From NCBI GenBank assembly GCA_039030515.1, contig JBCCEA010000009.1, forward strand, positions 32,001 to 96,000: a DNA stretch of 64,000 nt, in the 5' to 3' direction. Both the position numbers and the translations under genes were made by a program. Source of the stretch: Myxococcota bacterium. Lineage in GTDB: Bacteria > Myxococcota_A > Polyangia > Polyangiales > Houyiibacteriaceae. This document shows positions 38,286-48,013 of this stretch, piece by piece; positions within the stretch are counted from its first letter, which is position 1, and every line of letters starts with the position of its first letter. The notes under the pieces were generated by a model, which was not told the DNA's origin, did not search any database, and worked only from the letters and a program-made list of their open reading frames with translations.

Positions 38286-40823
38286 ATGCCCTATCGATCC
38301 TTGCTTTCTCTTCTGCCGAGAACAACAAACTCTAAAGTTCAAGTATCCCGCACCGAGTCGAACCGAAGCGTCCCTGCGCTGAGTCTGCGGCTTGTCGGCG
38401 CGTTCGTACTCGCTGTCGGCGGATGTGACTGCGCGGCAGACGATCCGAGTGGACCGATTGCTTGCGATAGCGACAATCCTTGCGAATCGGGCAGTGTATG
38501 CATCGATCAGCTGTGCATTCCGGCGGACGCTTCGATCGACGGCAACAACCTATTTTGCAGTGCAGACGAAACAGCGTGCGGCTCGAGCTGCTGCTCCTCT
38601 GATGAACTATGCGACAGCAACTCATGTGTCACCGACTGTGGTGCAAAAGTCCGATGCGGCACGCAATGTTGCGCTGACGGTCTCGTATGCGAGTCCGGAG
38701 CCTGCGTAGGTAACTGCTCTCAAGAAGACAGGTGCGGGGTGAACAGCGAGCTCTGTTGTTCCACCAATGAAGCGTGCCTGAGCGATGCTTGCGTGGCTCT
38801 CGGCGCTGCATGCACGGTCACTGAGGAGTGTGCGATCGAGGAGATCTGCCTGAACACGCTTGGTCGCTGCGCACCTCGAAGTGAAGTCGAGGTGTGTGAA
38901 TTCCGGCCGCCCGTAGGTGAGTTCTCACCTCAGATCGCGTGTCGGTGGGATCCGCCTGCCGCGTTTTCTGAGTTTGACGACGTTGTCATGACTCCGGCGG
39001 TGATGAACCTAACCGACGACAACGATGACGGGGTCACCGACACAAACGACATCCCCGACATAGTCTTCGTCGCCTTTCGCCGTCAAGAAGACGACTTCCG
39101 CTCGGCAAACAGCAGGGTCGTTATCGCTAGCGGTCTCTGCAACGACGATGGATCGATGGAGACCATTGCGTTTCTCGATTCGCCGAGCGTGGGTAACTCC
39201 ACGGGGGTGGCACTCGGCAACCTCCACCCCAGTGACATGACCGAAGAACGAAACCCGGAAATCGTCGTCACTTCAAGAAATGGTACGGTTTACGCGCTGC
39301 GTCGGCTGGAAGACGACGGCAGCAGCTGGGAGGAGATGTGGTTCACGACGGAATCAGCGATCGGGGAAGTTCGAGACTCGCTTGACGGCCGACAACCCGC
39401 GATCGCGGACGTAAACGGTGACGGTGCCCCGGAGGTCATCGTAGGCAACGTCGTCTATGAGGGTTTGACCGGTCATGTTGTGTGGAATGGGGCCAGCACC
39501 GTGGGTCTCGCTGCGGGAGTGGGATGGAATGGATTCTTGGGCCCCGTATCGACCGTTGCCGACATCGATCTCAATGGAACGATGGAGGTGATCGCCGGAA
39601 ATACCGTCTATGAGGGTGCTACCGGAGATGAGGTGTGGACTTTTGACTACGGCTCAGAAACTCTCGGAGGCACGTGCCGAAACCAGTGCGACGGGTTTGC
39701 GGCGGTAGGCGACTTCGATGACGACCCCGAGGCCGAGATAGTGATCGTGCGCCAGGGTGAGCTCTTCCTACTGGAACACACCTCAGAACAGATCGAGCGT
39801 GTGCTGCTCCCTCAGCTTGACCCAGATGCTGATCCCGCCGACATCGAGAACGAAGGCGGACCGCCGACCATCGCAGATTTCGACGGCGATGGTCGACCTG
39901 AAGTCGGCACGGCAGGCTCTGATTTTTATGTCGTCATAGACTTCGACTGTAAGGGAGACCCGCTCCCGAGCGAATGCCACGATACGAACATCCTCTGGCA
40001 GGTCGAAAACGACGACGATTCCAGCCGAGTCACCGGTTCCAGCGTCTTCGACTTCGAAGGAGACGGAATGGCGGAGGTGATCTACGCCGACGAAACTTCA
40101 TTCCGAATCTTCGATGGCTCTACCGGCGCGGTCCTGTTCGTGGACACCACACACCGAAGCAACACCCGTTTAGAAATGCCGATCGTGGTTGACGTAGACA
40201 ACGATGGGAAAAGCGAGGTCGTGATTCCCGAACCCAACGACGACGACACAGAGGAAGAGCTGGGGGGCATCGAGATTTGGGAAGACGCCGACAACAACTG
40301 GGTACGCACGCGTCGCGTGTGGAATCAGCATACCTACCACGTAACCAACATCGATGAGGACGGCCAAGTACCTAGCTACGAGGAACCAAACTGGACCAAC
40401 AGCAGGCTGAACAACTTCCGCCAGAACGTTCAGCCTGCAGGCCTATTCGATGCGCCCGACTTACAGATCGAGGCGATCTCCGTAGTGCGGTGTTCGAGCA
40501 ACGGCAGGGTCACCATCCAGATCACCGTCACAAACCAAGGTGCTCTCGGAGTCGCTGCAGGTGTCCCCGTGTTCGTGCGGGCGGTGACTTCCGATGGGAT
40601 GTCCATCGATATCGGAGCCGCCATGACCGAGCGTGCACTGCTTCCGTCGCAAAACGAAGCGATCACGATCGAATATGAATTCGATCCGTTCGACTTTGAC
40701 ACCTACGAAATCCACGCGAGTGTCGACGACGACGGTGATGGAGGCAGTACGTACAACGAGTGCATTGAGGACAACAACGATCGAACAGGCGGCCCCTTCG
40801 AAGCCTGCGGCGGCGTGCAATGA
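38286..40823 (+). CDS. Cys-rich FG-GAP/VCBS repeat (beta-propeller) lipoprotein with C-terminal CARDB-like Ig domain
   Basis: Lipobox-like VGGC; Cys-rich N-terminus; repeats ADVNGDGAPEV, DFDGDGRPEV, DFEGDGMAEV, DVDNDGKSEV; WNQHTYHVTN; APDL...VTNQGA...NECIEDNN. Confidence 0.88.
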   Translation: MPYRSLLSLLPRTTNSKVQVSRTESNRSVPALSLRLVGAFVLAVGGCDCAADDPSGPIACDSDNPCESGSVCIDQLCIPADASIDGNNLFCSADETACGSSCCSSDELCDSNSCVTDCGAKVRCGTQCCADGLVCESGACVGNCSQEDRCGVNSELCCSTNEACLSDACVALGAACTVTEECAIEEICLNTLGRCAPRSEVEVCEFRPPVGEFSPQIACRWDPPAAFSEFDDVVMTPAVMNLTDDNDDGVTDTNDIPDIVFVAFRRQEDDFRSANSRVVIASGLCNDDGSMETIAFLDSPSVGNSTGVALGNLHPSDMTEERNPEIVVTSRNGTVYALRRLEDDGSSWEEMWFTTESAIGEVRDSLDGRQPAIADVNGDGAPEVIVGNVVYEGLTGHVVWNGASTVGLAAGVGWNGFLGPVSTVADIDLNGTMEVIAGNTVYEGATGDEVWTFDYGSETLGGTCRNQCDGFAAVGDFDDDPEAEIVIVRQGELFLLEHTSEQIERVLLPQLDPDADPADIENEGGPPTIADFDGDGRPEVGTAGSDFYVVIDFDCKGDPLPSECHDTNILWQVENDDDSSRVTGSSVFDFEGDGMAEVIYADETSFRIFDGSTGAVLFVDTTHRSNTRLEMPIVVDVDNDGKSEVVIPEPNDDDTEEELGGIEIWEDADNNWVRTRRVWNQHTYHVTNIDEDGQVPSYEEPNWTNSRLNNFRQNVQPAGLFDAPDLQIEAISVVRCSSNGRVTIQITVTNQGALGVAAGVPVFVRAVTSDGMSIDIGAAMTERALLPSQNEAITIEYEFDPFDFDTYEIHASVDDDGDGGSTYNECIEDNNDRTGGPFEACGGVQ

Positions 40824-40826
40824 GCT

Positions 40827-42269
40827 ATGTCGCGTGAGTCCTGCTGTGCAAAACGATCTCAGCTTTGCAGTCAGAATACCAAAGAACCAAAAAGACAGTC
40901 GCCAGTCTATCTGTGGCGCTGGTCCTATCTAGGGCCCAGTCAAACACTGCTCGCGATGGCCTTGCTGCTTTGCTGGCCGGCAAAGTCGCATGGAGAGTCT
41001 TCCCGCCTCAACGCACATCTGGAAGGAGGCGGGGGTCTTCCGTTCGCAGGAGACACCCGACCTGGAGCCGAAGGCGACTCGCGCGCTGGGGGCGGGATCG
41101 CCTGGATATCCTTAGACTGGCAGCTCGCGGCACCTTTGGCACTGGAAGCCGCACTCGGGTTCGGTGGGTTTTCAAAAGCACTGCCGGGCGAATCACTCTC
41201 CGGCACGCGCTACACCTCATTTGGAGTCGGCTTCCGCTATCGAATCCTCGACGACACCGCTGGGTATAGCAACGAGGAGTACGGAAATTGGAAGGGCAAC
41301 TTATGGGTGTCTTCCCATCTCGGTGTTACCGGGTACGGATCTCCGCAATTTGGCGCAGATTTTGCCACGGGTTATGAATTTTCAGCCATACGTCCTTTTT
41401 CGTTTGGTCCTTTTGCGCGAGCAGCATTGGCGCTAGGCGAGCACAGCAGTGCCTTTTTCGTAGCCGGACTGTCTTTCTCGCTTGAGCTGGCCGCAAAACC
41501 GGCTTCGGCGGAGCAAAACGGCAGCCGTATACGCGACACCTATCCATTGGACAGGCAGGATGAGGCGAGCAGCATCGATAGTGATGGCGACGGGCTATCG
41601 AATGAAATCGAGATTCAATACGGTACCGATCCCCACAATCCAGATACGGACGGGGACGGGCTGCTCGACGGTGAAGAGGACAAAGATCACGACGGACAGC
41701 TCGGCTTAGAGGAGACCGATCCACGACGTGTCGATACGGACGGGGGCGGAGTTTCTGATTTCGACGAGGTACACGATCCAGCCATGGATCCAAGAGACCC
41801 GAGAGATGATCGCGACCTGGATGCGGATGGGATTCTCGATGTAATCGATTCGTGCCTGGGCACGCCCGAGGGAGCAACGGTCAATCAGGCCGGATGCGAA
41901 ACCGTCGAAGAGGGAACTGCACTGGTGCTCGAAGGTATCAAGTTTGCAAGCGGCAGTTCCAGCATCTTGGCGGAGTCGGAACCGACCTTAAGTCGCATTG
42001 TGCACATACTGCAAAACAATCCTGAAATCACGCTGGGCGTGGGAGGACATACAGATTCAAGCGGTTCCGTTCGCTTAAACCGACGCCTTTCCGAAGAGCG
42101 CGCGAAAAGCGTTCAAAAGTGGCTTGTCGGCAGAGGCGTCGCTGAATCCCGACTAAGCGCACGAGGGTATGGATCGACCGAACCGATCGCAGACAACGAC
42201 ACTCCAGAGGGTCGAGCACAGAACCGCCGTATCGAGTTTCGGCGAACAGACTTGCTGATCGAACCCTGA
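40827..42269 (+). CDS. OmpA-family protein: N-terminal beta-barrel-like region, DxDxDG (TSP3-like) repeats, OmpA C-terminal domain
   Basis: DSDGDGL, DTDGDGL, DTDGGGV, DLDADGI; GIKFASGS, GHTDSSG, NRRLSEERA, GYG, GRAQNRRIEF. Confidence 0.9.
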   Translation: MSRESCCAKRSQLCSQNTKEPKRQSPVYLWRWSYLGPSQTLLAMALLLCWPAKSHGESSRLNAHLEGGGGLPFAGDTRPGAEGDSRAGGGIAWISLDWQLAAPLALEAALGFGGFSKALPGESLSGTRYTSFGVGFRYRILDDTAGYSNEEYGNWKGNLWVSSHLGVTGYGSPQFGADFATGYEFSAIRPFSFGPFARAALALGEHSSAFFVAGLSFSLELAAKPASAEQNGSRIRDTYPLDRQDEASSIDSDGDGLSNEIEIQYGTDPHNPDTDGDGLLDGEEDKDHDGQLGLEETDPRRVDTDGGGVSDFDEVHDPAMDPRDPRDDRDLDADGILDVIDSCLGTPEGATVNQAGCETVEEGTALVLEGIKFASGSSSILAESEPTLSRIVHILQNNPEITLGVGGHTDSSGSVRLNRRLSEERAKSVQKWLVGRGVAESRLSARGYGSTEPIADNDTPEGRAQNRRIEFRRTDLLIEP

Positions 42270-42325
42270 GGAAACCGGTGACGTGCAGCAGGGAAGCTGT
42301 ACGTGTACTCTTAATGTTTAGAGCC

Positions 42326-44161
42326 ATGCGCTTCTTTTCTAAGCGGTCTGTCCTATATATCCTATCCGGCGTAGCCGCCTGTAACGGCTCCAACCCCCCG
42401 CCTTTTTCTCCTGGTATCAATAAGACGTCTTCCTGTGTCGGCACGGACAGGCTCGAATGCCAATCCGACGTGGCCATCGAATGCGATGCAGAGGGAAATC
42501 CGGCCTCGATCCGAGATTGCGCTGAAACGGGGCAAGTCTGCCTACCGAACAGAGGATGTGTTCTATGTGCTCCTCTACAGATCCGTTGCGAGGGAGAAAC
42601 ACCCGTGCGGTGTGATGCGAAGGGGGTTTCTGAGACGCGACTCAAGACATGCGAGCCCAGTGCTGGAGAGCACTGTAGCTCCCGAGGATGCAGACCACTT
42701 TGTGCGGAGGCAGAGAAAGAACGTTCGTATATTGGATGCGAATACTGGCCTGTCACTACTTTGAACGACGAACTCGATGAGCGCTTTGCATTCGCTGTGG
42801 TCGTAGCCAACCCGCAGCTTGTCACCGCACAGATTCGAATCGAACGAGAGGACGAAGTCATCCTCAAAGCGAGTGTCCCCCCCGGAGAAGTCGAATCATT
42901 CATCCTTCCTTGGGTGGTTGATCTACGGGGAGCGCGAACAGATAGCGCCTTGAGTGTACCCTCGTCGCTGGTGTCGAACGGCGCCTATCGACTGGAGTCA
43001 GACGTTCCGATCACGGTGTATCAGTTCAACCCTTTGCGCTACGAGCAGGATGATGCGTTCTCGTTCACCAATGATGCTTCGCTACTGCTGCCGAGCAGTA
43101 CCCTGACGGGAAGCTACATCGCGATGTCTCGGGGTACCATGTTCGTCGAGACGTCCCTTGAGAACTCCGTGGTTCGCTCCCACAATCCTGGTTTTGTCGC
43201 GATCGTTGCAACCGAAGACAACACCGAGATCAATTTCACGAGCCGCGCCTACACGGAGGCGACTCCGGATGGAGAGATCCCAGCGCTCATCCCCGGCGGG
43301 ACCGCGACGTTCCTATTGAACCGAGGAGACGTAGCGCAGATCACCAGTGCTCGACCTGAACTCTGTCCTGTCGCGCCCTTTGAGGAGCAGGTGGCGGCGG
43401 GCACTGGATCCGTAGTCTATAGATACTGCGATGTGGGAGCGGAATACGACCTCACCGGAAGCTTGATCCAGGCAAACGCACCGGTAGAAGTGGTCGGAGG
43501 TCATGGCTGCGCCTTTGTTCCCTACAATCGGTTCGCCTGCGATCACTTAGAGGAGGTGCTGTTTCCGGTCGAAGCATGGGGTGACGCAGTGATCGTGTCC
43601 GCGACGGCGCCAGTGCAAAATGAACCCAATCTCGTGCGTATCGTAGCAGCCGAACACAATACCTCTGTCCGATTCGAGCCGGCGATCGTGCCTTCTTTCA
43701 CCCTGGAACAAGGGGAATTCGAGGAATTTGTCATCGAATCCCATGTTCGGGTCATCGCCAGCGGTCCGATCTCAGTAGCTCAGTATCTGGTCGGGCAAAA
43801 CTATGAGGGTGCGAATGCGGTCGGTGCGGATGCGGGTGACCCGTCCATGTCCTTGGCGATCCCCGAAACGCAGTTCCGCAATTCATACGATGTGCTCGCT
43901 CCCTCTACCTACGATCGCAACATGATCAACGTCACTGTGCGCTCGGGGGCAGAGGTGCTTCTTGATGGCGATCCGATCACCAATTTCAGCCCGGTGGGTA
44001 CGTCCGAATGGCAGGTCGCAAGGATTCAATTGACCCCCGGAGCACATCACCTCGAGAGCTCCACGCTCTTCGGCGTCGTCGTGTACGGATTCGGTCGCTT
44101 CACCAGCTACATGGTTCCGGGGGGGCTTGATTTGCGTCCTGTCAACTCACCACTGCTCTAA
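42326..44161 (+). CDS. IgGFc-binding-domain lipoprotein
   Basis: Lipobox VAAC; Cys-rich N-terminus; SYIGCEYW, PITVYQFNPL, TNDASLLLP, CDHLEE, GDPSM, VYGF...SYMVPGG. Confidence 0.85.
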   Translation: MRFFSKRSVLYILSGVAACNGSNPPPFSPGINKTSSCVGTDRLECQSDVAIECDAEGNPASIRDCAETGQVCLPNRGCVLCAPLQIRCEGETPVRCDAKGVSETRLKTCEPSAGEHCSSRGCRPLCAEAEKERSYIGCEYWPVTTLNDELDERFAFAVVVANPQLVTAQIRIEREDEVILKASVPPGEVESFILPWVVDLRGARTDSALSVPSSLVSNGAYRLESDVPITVYQFNPLRYEQDDAFSFTNDASLLLPSSTLTGSYIAMSRGTMFVETSLENSVVRSHNPGFVAIVATEDNTEINFTSRAYTEATPDGEIPALIPGGTATFLLNRGDVAQITSARPELCPVAPFEEQVAAGTGSVVYRYCDVGAEYDLTGSLIQANAPVEVVGGHGCAFVPYNRFACDHLEEVLFPVEAWGDAVIVSATAPVQNEPNLVRIVAAEHNTSVRFEPAIVPSFTLEQGEFEEFVIESHVRVIASGPISVAQYLVGQNYEGANAVGADAGDPSMSLAIPETQFRNSYDVLAPSTYDRNMINVTVRSGAEVLLDGDPITNFSPVGTSEWQVARIQLTPGAHHLESSTLFGVVVYGFGRFTSYMVPGGLDLRPVNSPLL

Positions 44162-44168
44162 ACAGACC

Positions 44169-44375
44169 AAAGGGGAGCAGATTCAGCCCGAACGTCCGCT
44201 TGCCTCCCATGCTCGTAGCTCGAAGTAGTCCACCTACTCCTTCGCTCCTGCGCTTCCGGGGCGCTGGACTTTCGCGCCAACTCTGTTCCCCTTTCTCACT
44301 CTACTCTCTTCAGACCGTACCTCCGCTTGCCTCCCATGCTCGTAGCTCGAAGTAGTCCACCTACTCCTTCGCTCC
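44169..44375. repeat. Palindromic repeat unit plus a perfect 54-bp partial duplicate between convergent genes
   Basis: tccgcttgcctcccatgctcgtagctcgaagtagtccacctactccttcgctcc at 44195-44248 and 44322-44375; first copy enclosed by aaaggggagcaga / tctgttccccttt arms. Confidence 0.9.
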
Positions 44376-44427
44376 GTACCGATACAGACCCCTTTGCGAG
44401 CTCATCTTCTTTGACTTAAGCCGCCGT

Positions 44428-45186
44428 CTATTCGCAGTAGTGAACGCAAAAGTCTTCGTCTAGTGGATCTTGGAAACACGGATAGTTGGTAGTGTCTGGT
44501 ATGCCGCTGGGGCAGTCTCGCTGGCAAAAGCCAAGTCCCGGGATAAGATTTGTCGTGCAGCCGCAGTCGCCCTCCTGCCCCGCGACCGCACACTTATATA
44601 CCCGTAATGGATCATAGAGCTGGTCAGGATCTTCTCTAGGCACTCGCGGCTCGGGGATTCCACCCTCAAACCAATAGTCGTTCTCTGCGGCAGGACTGCC
44701 TGACAGGCCGCTGCTAAACCGACTCGACAGACAGAGCGACGAATCTCCAGCTCGATACTCGGTCACAACACCCGGATAGAATGGACGATCGAAGGTGAAT
44801 ATCCACTGACCATCAAATTCACCACATTCACCACTCGGAGTAGGCTCTTCGCAATAACCGACTGAAACAATAAGTCCCGGATGATCGCCCGAGCGTCGGT
44901 ACAGACGATTCTCTGGATCCTTAACCCGGATTCCAAACTCGAGATTGCAGTCTTCCCCGCTGCCCAGCTCTTGAACTGTGACGAGACTACCGGTGAGCTG
45001 CTCTGCCTGATAGGCACGTTCCAGGCTGTCATGGACGCTGAGATTCAGCTGCGAAGAATCGCCCGGTTCGAGTGGTAAATGAAGACGGATGATCAATCCC
45101 GAATCCCCTGTCGATTCGGTACAGCCGAGAGCGCAAACTAAGAGCCCTAAAGCAAACCACATACCCACACGGGATCGCCGGAACAT
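44428..45186 (-). CDS. Hypothetical lipoprotein with Cys-rich C-terminus
   Basis: Signal ending in ALGC; several Cys in the last 55 aa; start uncertain (45186 or 45255). Confidence 0.65.
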   Translation of the reverse strand: MFRRSRVGMWFALGLLVCALGCTESTGDSGLIIRLHLPLEPGDSSQLNLSVHDSLERAYQAEQLTGSLVTVQELGSGEDCNLEFGIRVKDPENRLYRRSGDHPGLIVSVGYCEEPTPSGECGEFDGQWIFTFDRPFYPGVVTEYRAGDSSLCLSSRFSSGLSGSPAAENDYWFEGGIPEPRVPREDPDQLYDPLRVYKCAVAGQEGDCGCTTNLIPGLGFCQRDCPSGIPDTTNYPCFQDPLDEDFCVHYCE

Positions 45187-45256
45187 GAAATTACTCGATG
45201 CACGCCTAAGGCAGAGAGCTTGAATCAACTGAATACCGGATGGAAAAAAAACCATA

Positions 45257-46075
45257 TCAGGGGTTGTACTCGATAACCTCGAGACCCGAGGGAAACTGTA
45301 CCGGGTTAGAATCCTGAGTCCGCCGCACGATGAGCACTGTACCCACGACAGCTCCCACGGTAAGCGCTGAGGTCAAGACCCAGAACCACGGTTCCTTTGC
45401 CAAAGATCGCTGTTTTGCCCGCTCCATCAACTCCACATCGATAGAGATAGAAGCTCCTGCCATCACGTCGCCATTCCAGGCGAACGGCTCCCATCCAGGT
45501 CGCTGCACCACGAGACTGTGAAGTCCTTCGTTCACCTCAGAAGAAAATGGGCGAGAGGAATCATCTTGTAAATCTGCGCCGTCCAAGGTGATTTCATGGA
45601 CAGTGTCGGGATCCAGTCCTACGAGCGTCAGCGTCGAAATCCGGTCGGACGATTGATCTCGAAGCTGCTCAGCGATCTCTCTCGAAGCGTCGTCCAGAGG
45701 TGGATCTGCCCGCAAAGCCTCATCAAAGGCATCTCGGGCCTCTACATGACGTCCCATGGCCCGAAGAGCCACTCCGCGATTGAAGGAAGCGGATGGAGAA
45801 CCCGTGAGGTTGTAGGCTTCTTCGAAATGACGGGCGCTGTCCGCCCAACGTTCTTCCGCCGCAGCCTCGCTACCGAGTCGAAAAGCGTCCAGCGCCTGTT
45901 GGGCAGGCGTCGGCAGGTCTGCAGGAGCGTCTGATTCTGATGTCGCCCGGTCCGGGTTCGACTGAGCCAAACAACGCATGGAGAACTGCAGAGTCGCCGC
46001 CATCAGAAAGCATGTGAAGACGATGCGCAAAAAGGTTGCTGTGCGAGTTGTCCCGTGACCAGAGTAGTTCCGCAT
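45257..46075 (-). CDS. TPR plus PEGA-like domain protein with C-terminal TM
   Basis: Signal peptide, FEEAYNL...FNRGVAL, GLHSLVVQRPGWEPF, KEPWFWV TM; common myxobacterial architecture. Confidence 0.8.
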   Translation of the reverse strand: MRNYSGHGTTRTATFLRIVFTCFLMAATLQFSMRCLAQSNPDRATSESDAPADLPTPAQQALDAFRLGSEAAAEERWADSARHFEEAYNLTGSPSASFNRGVALRAMGRHVEARDAFDEALRADPPLDDASREIAEQLRDQSSDRISTLTLVGLDPDTVHEITLDGADLQDDSSRPFSSEVNEGLHSLVVQRPGWEPFAWNGDVMAGASISIDVELMERAKQRSLAKEPWFWVLTSALTVGAVVGTVLIVRRTQDSNPVQFPSGLEVIEYNP

Positions 46076-46226
46076 CGATAACTTTCAGACAAATGATAGA
46101 GCACCACGGCTTGGAAAAGCACAAGAAATCTGGCGAAGAGCGCGCGAGATCAAACAGCTCAGAGTGGCGTTACTGAAACTTGCCAGCAATAGGAGCGAAA
46201 TCTCGGTATGCTCCTGGTCGACAAGA

Positions 46227-46718
46227 ATGCAAAAACCCAAACAAAGAAAGCTCGCCTCCCGAGTGTTCACCTCTGCCGGCTGGGTGCTCGGAACGTTTCA
46301 CGTTCCCGAGAAAGTTCCCTTTATGGAGTTCCTCAACGGCACTCAGGACTTTTTCACGCTTACCGAGGTCAAGCTTCCACGCCAAGGGCGACCGATGCCT
46401 TTTCTTGCCCTACAGCGAAGTGCGGCCGCCTTGATCGTACCGGGTAAAGACGAATGGAATCGAGACGCCCGAAACATCGAGAACTGCCGTCGCGTATCCT
46501 GCCTTTTCGATGGAGGTCTCGTTCTGGGAACGCTCGAACTGCCTGAGGAAACGAGAGTCTCTGATCATCTGATGAGGAAACAACACTTTATCGTTCTGCG
46601 AAACTGTACGGTAGGACTCGATTTGGGAGACGTACCATCGATGGAAGCCAATCCGATCGTGATTGCAAATACCGACAGAGTGATCGGCGTTGCCGAAATG
46701 GAATCAGAATCTGAGTGA
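46227..46718 (+). CDS. Hypothetical protein of two tandem homologous beta domains (DUF6812-like)
   Basis: VLGTFHVPEK...EFLN...FFTLT and VLGTLELPEE.RVSDHL...FIVLR halves. Confidence 0.65.
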   Translation: MQKPKQRKLASRVFTSAGWVLGTFHVPEKVPFMEFLNGTQDFFTLTEVKLPRQGRPMPFLALQRSAAALIVPGKDEWNRDARNIENCRRVSCLFDGGLVLGTLELPEETRVSDHLMRKQHFIVLRNCTVGLDLGDVPSMEANPIVIANTDRVIGVAEMESESE

Positions 46719-46845
46719 CCTCGCAGGCGGGCTGAAACAGGCGTAAGAGGAGATCCAGGCCGGCCTGAGAACCAACCGCGCGGATGCACCGAGGTGCGAG
46801 CACCCGTGCTTGACCCGAGATTACGCCTATGAAAGTGTCGCCGTC

Positions 46846-47916
46846 ATGCGTACTGGGTGCAGGGCGAGCTTGTATAGGGCCTTGGTTTTGGCCCCCCTGA
46901 GCTTGGCCGCCTGTTCTACCACGGACCCGACGAAGACAACGGCGAACCCACCTCAGGCCGCTACGGCCGAGAGCTTTCAAACCCCGAATCTCGCCCAGCA
47001 AGCTCATGAAGAGCACCGTAACCGCGGCGCCGAGCGAGACGAAAACCGGAGAGCTCAGCCTGTGGCCCGAGTAGATGAGGTCGACATCACCCTTGGCGAG
47101 TTCGAAGATGAGCTCAATGCCCAGGCGCCGATGCTTCGTCGCGGTTTCATGTCGGAGGAGAGCTTGAGGCGCCTGTTAGACAACCGGATTCGACTCGAAC
47201 TATTGGCCGCGGAGGCAGTTCGCCAAAGGTACGACCGGACACCACGAGTGATTCAGAGTACCAAACAGAATTCGGTGGAACATCTCATCCAAAGCCAGTT
47301 TGACCAGCAATGGACGCCCGCCTCTCTACCGCCGGAAGACATCCGTTCATATTACGATACCCATCGACAAGAATTCACCCGGCCGGAATTGGTTCGCGCG
47401 AGTCACATCCTGCTCGCGACATCGGAGGAAGCGGAGTCCACCTTGAACGAAGTGCGAGAGCTCGATCTGCGTGGATTTCGCAGCCGCGCCCGCGAGCGCA
47501 GTATCGATCAAGAAACAAGGCTGAGAGGAGGAGACCTTCGTTACTTTTCTCGCGATGGACGACCTCCAAAGTCAGAGGACGCTCCGGTGGACTCCGCGAT
47601 CGTAGAGGCCGCATTCGCGCTTTCCACGGTTGGAGAGGTGAGCCAGGTGATCCCGGTGGGAAACCACTTTTCGATCGTCAAGCTGACGGGTCGACGCTCC
47701 GGGGAAGTGGAGTCGTTTGAGCAAGCTGAAACGTCCATCCGTTCGCGTCTTTGGAGGATCAAACGACAGGGCGCGATCGACGATTTGGTCTCCGAATTGA
47801 GGGCTAAGGACCCGGTTAAGACACGTTACGAGATGCTTGCCGAAATCAAACTCCTGCCAGAACTACCCCTGCCTGGCCTCACCCGTTCTCACCAAAACGA
47901 TGGTCCGAGCGACTAG
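46846..47916 (+). CDS. PpiC/parvulin-type peptidyl-prolyl isomerase lipoprotein
   Basis: Lipobox LAAC; VARVDEVDIT; VRASHIL, GGDLRYF, EAAFAL, GEVSQVI. Confidence 0.9.
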   Translation: MRTGCRASLYRALVLAPLSLAACSTTDPTKTTANPPQAATAESFQTPNLAQQAHEEHRNRGAERDENRRAQPVARVDEVDITLGEFEDELNAQAPMLRRGFMSEESLRRLLDNRIRLELLAAEAVRQRYDRTPRVIQSTKQNSVEHLIQSQFDQQWTPASLPPEDIRSYYDTHRQEFTRPELVRASHILLATSEEAESTLNEVRELDLRGFRSRARERSIDQETRLRGGDLRYFSRDGRPPKSEDAPVDSAIVEAAFALSTVGEVSQVIPVGNHFSIVKLTGRRSGEVESFEQAETSIRSRLWRIKRQGAIDDLVSELRAKDPVKTRYEMLAEIKLLPELPLPGLTRSHQNDGPSD

Positions 47917-48013
47917 GGAAACCAGGCATCGACCTGAGAAGGCACCCCAAGCGAGGATTCCGTTTCAAAAATCGAAAGAGAGTGCCGGCAAACCCTGGTT
48001 CGATAAGTCAAAG

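Noticed and set aside
44195..44375. 54-bp direct repeat as a CRISPR array
   Set aside because: Only two copies, a 73-bp gap, no cas genes in the window, and the unit belongs to a dispersed palindromic family.
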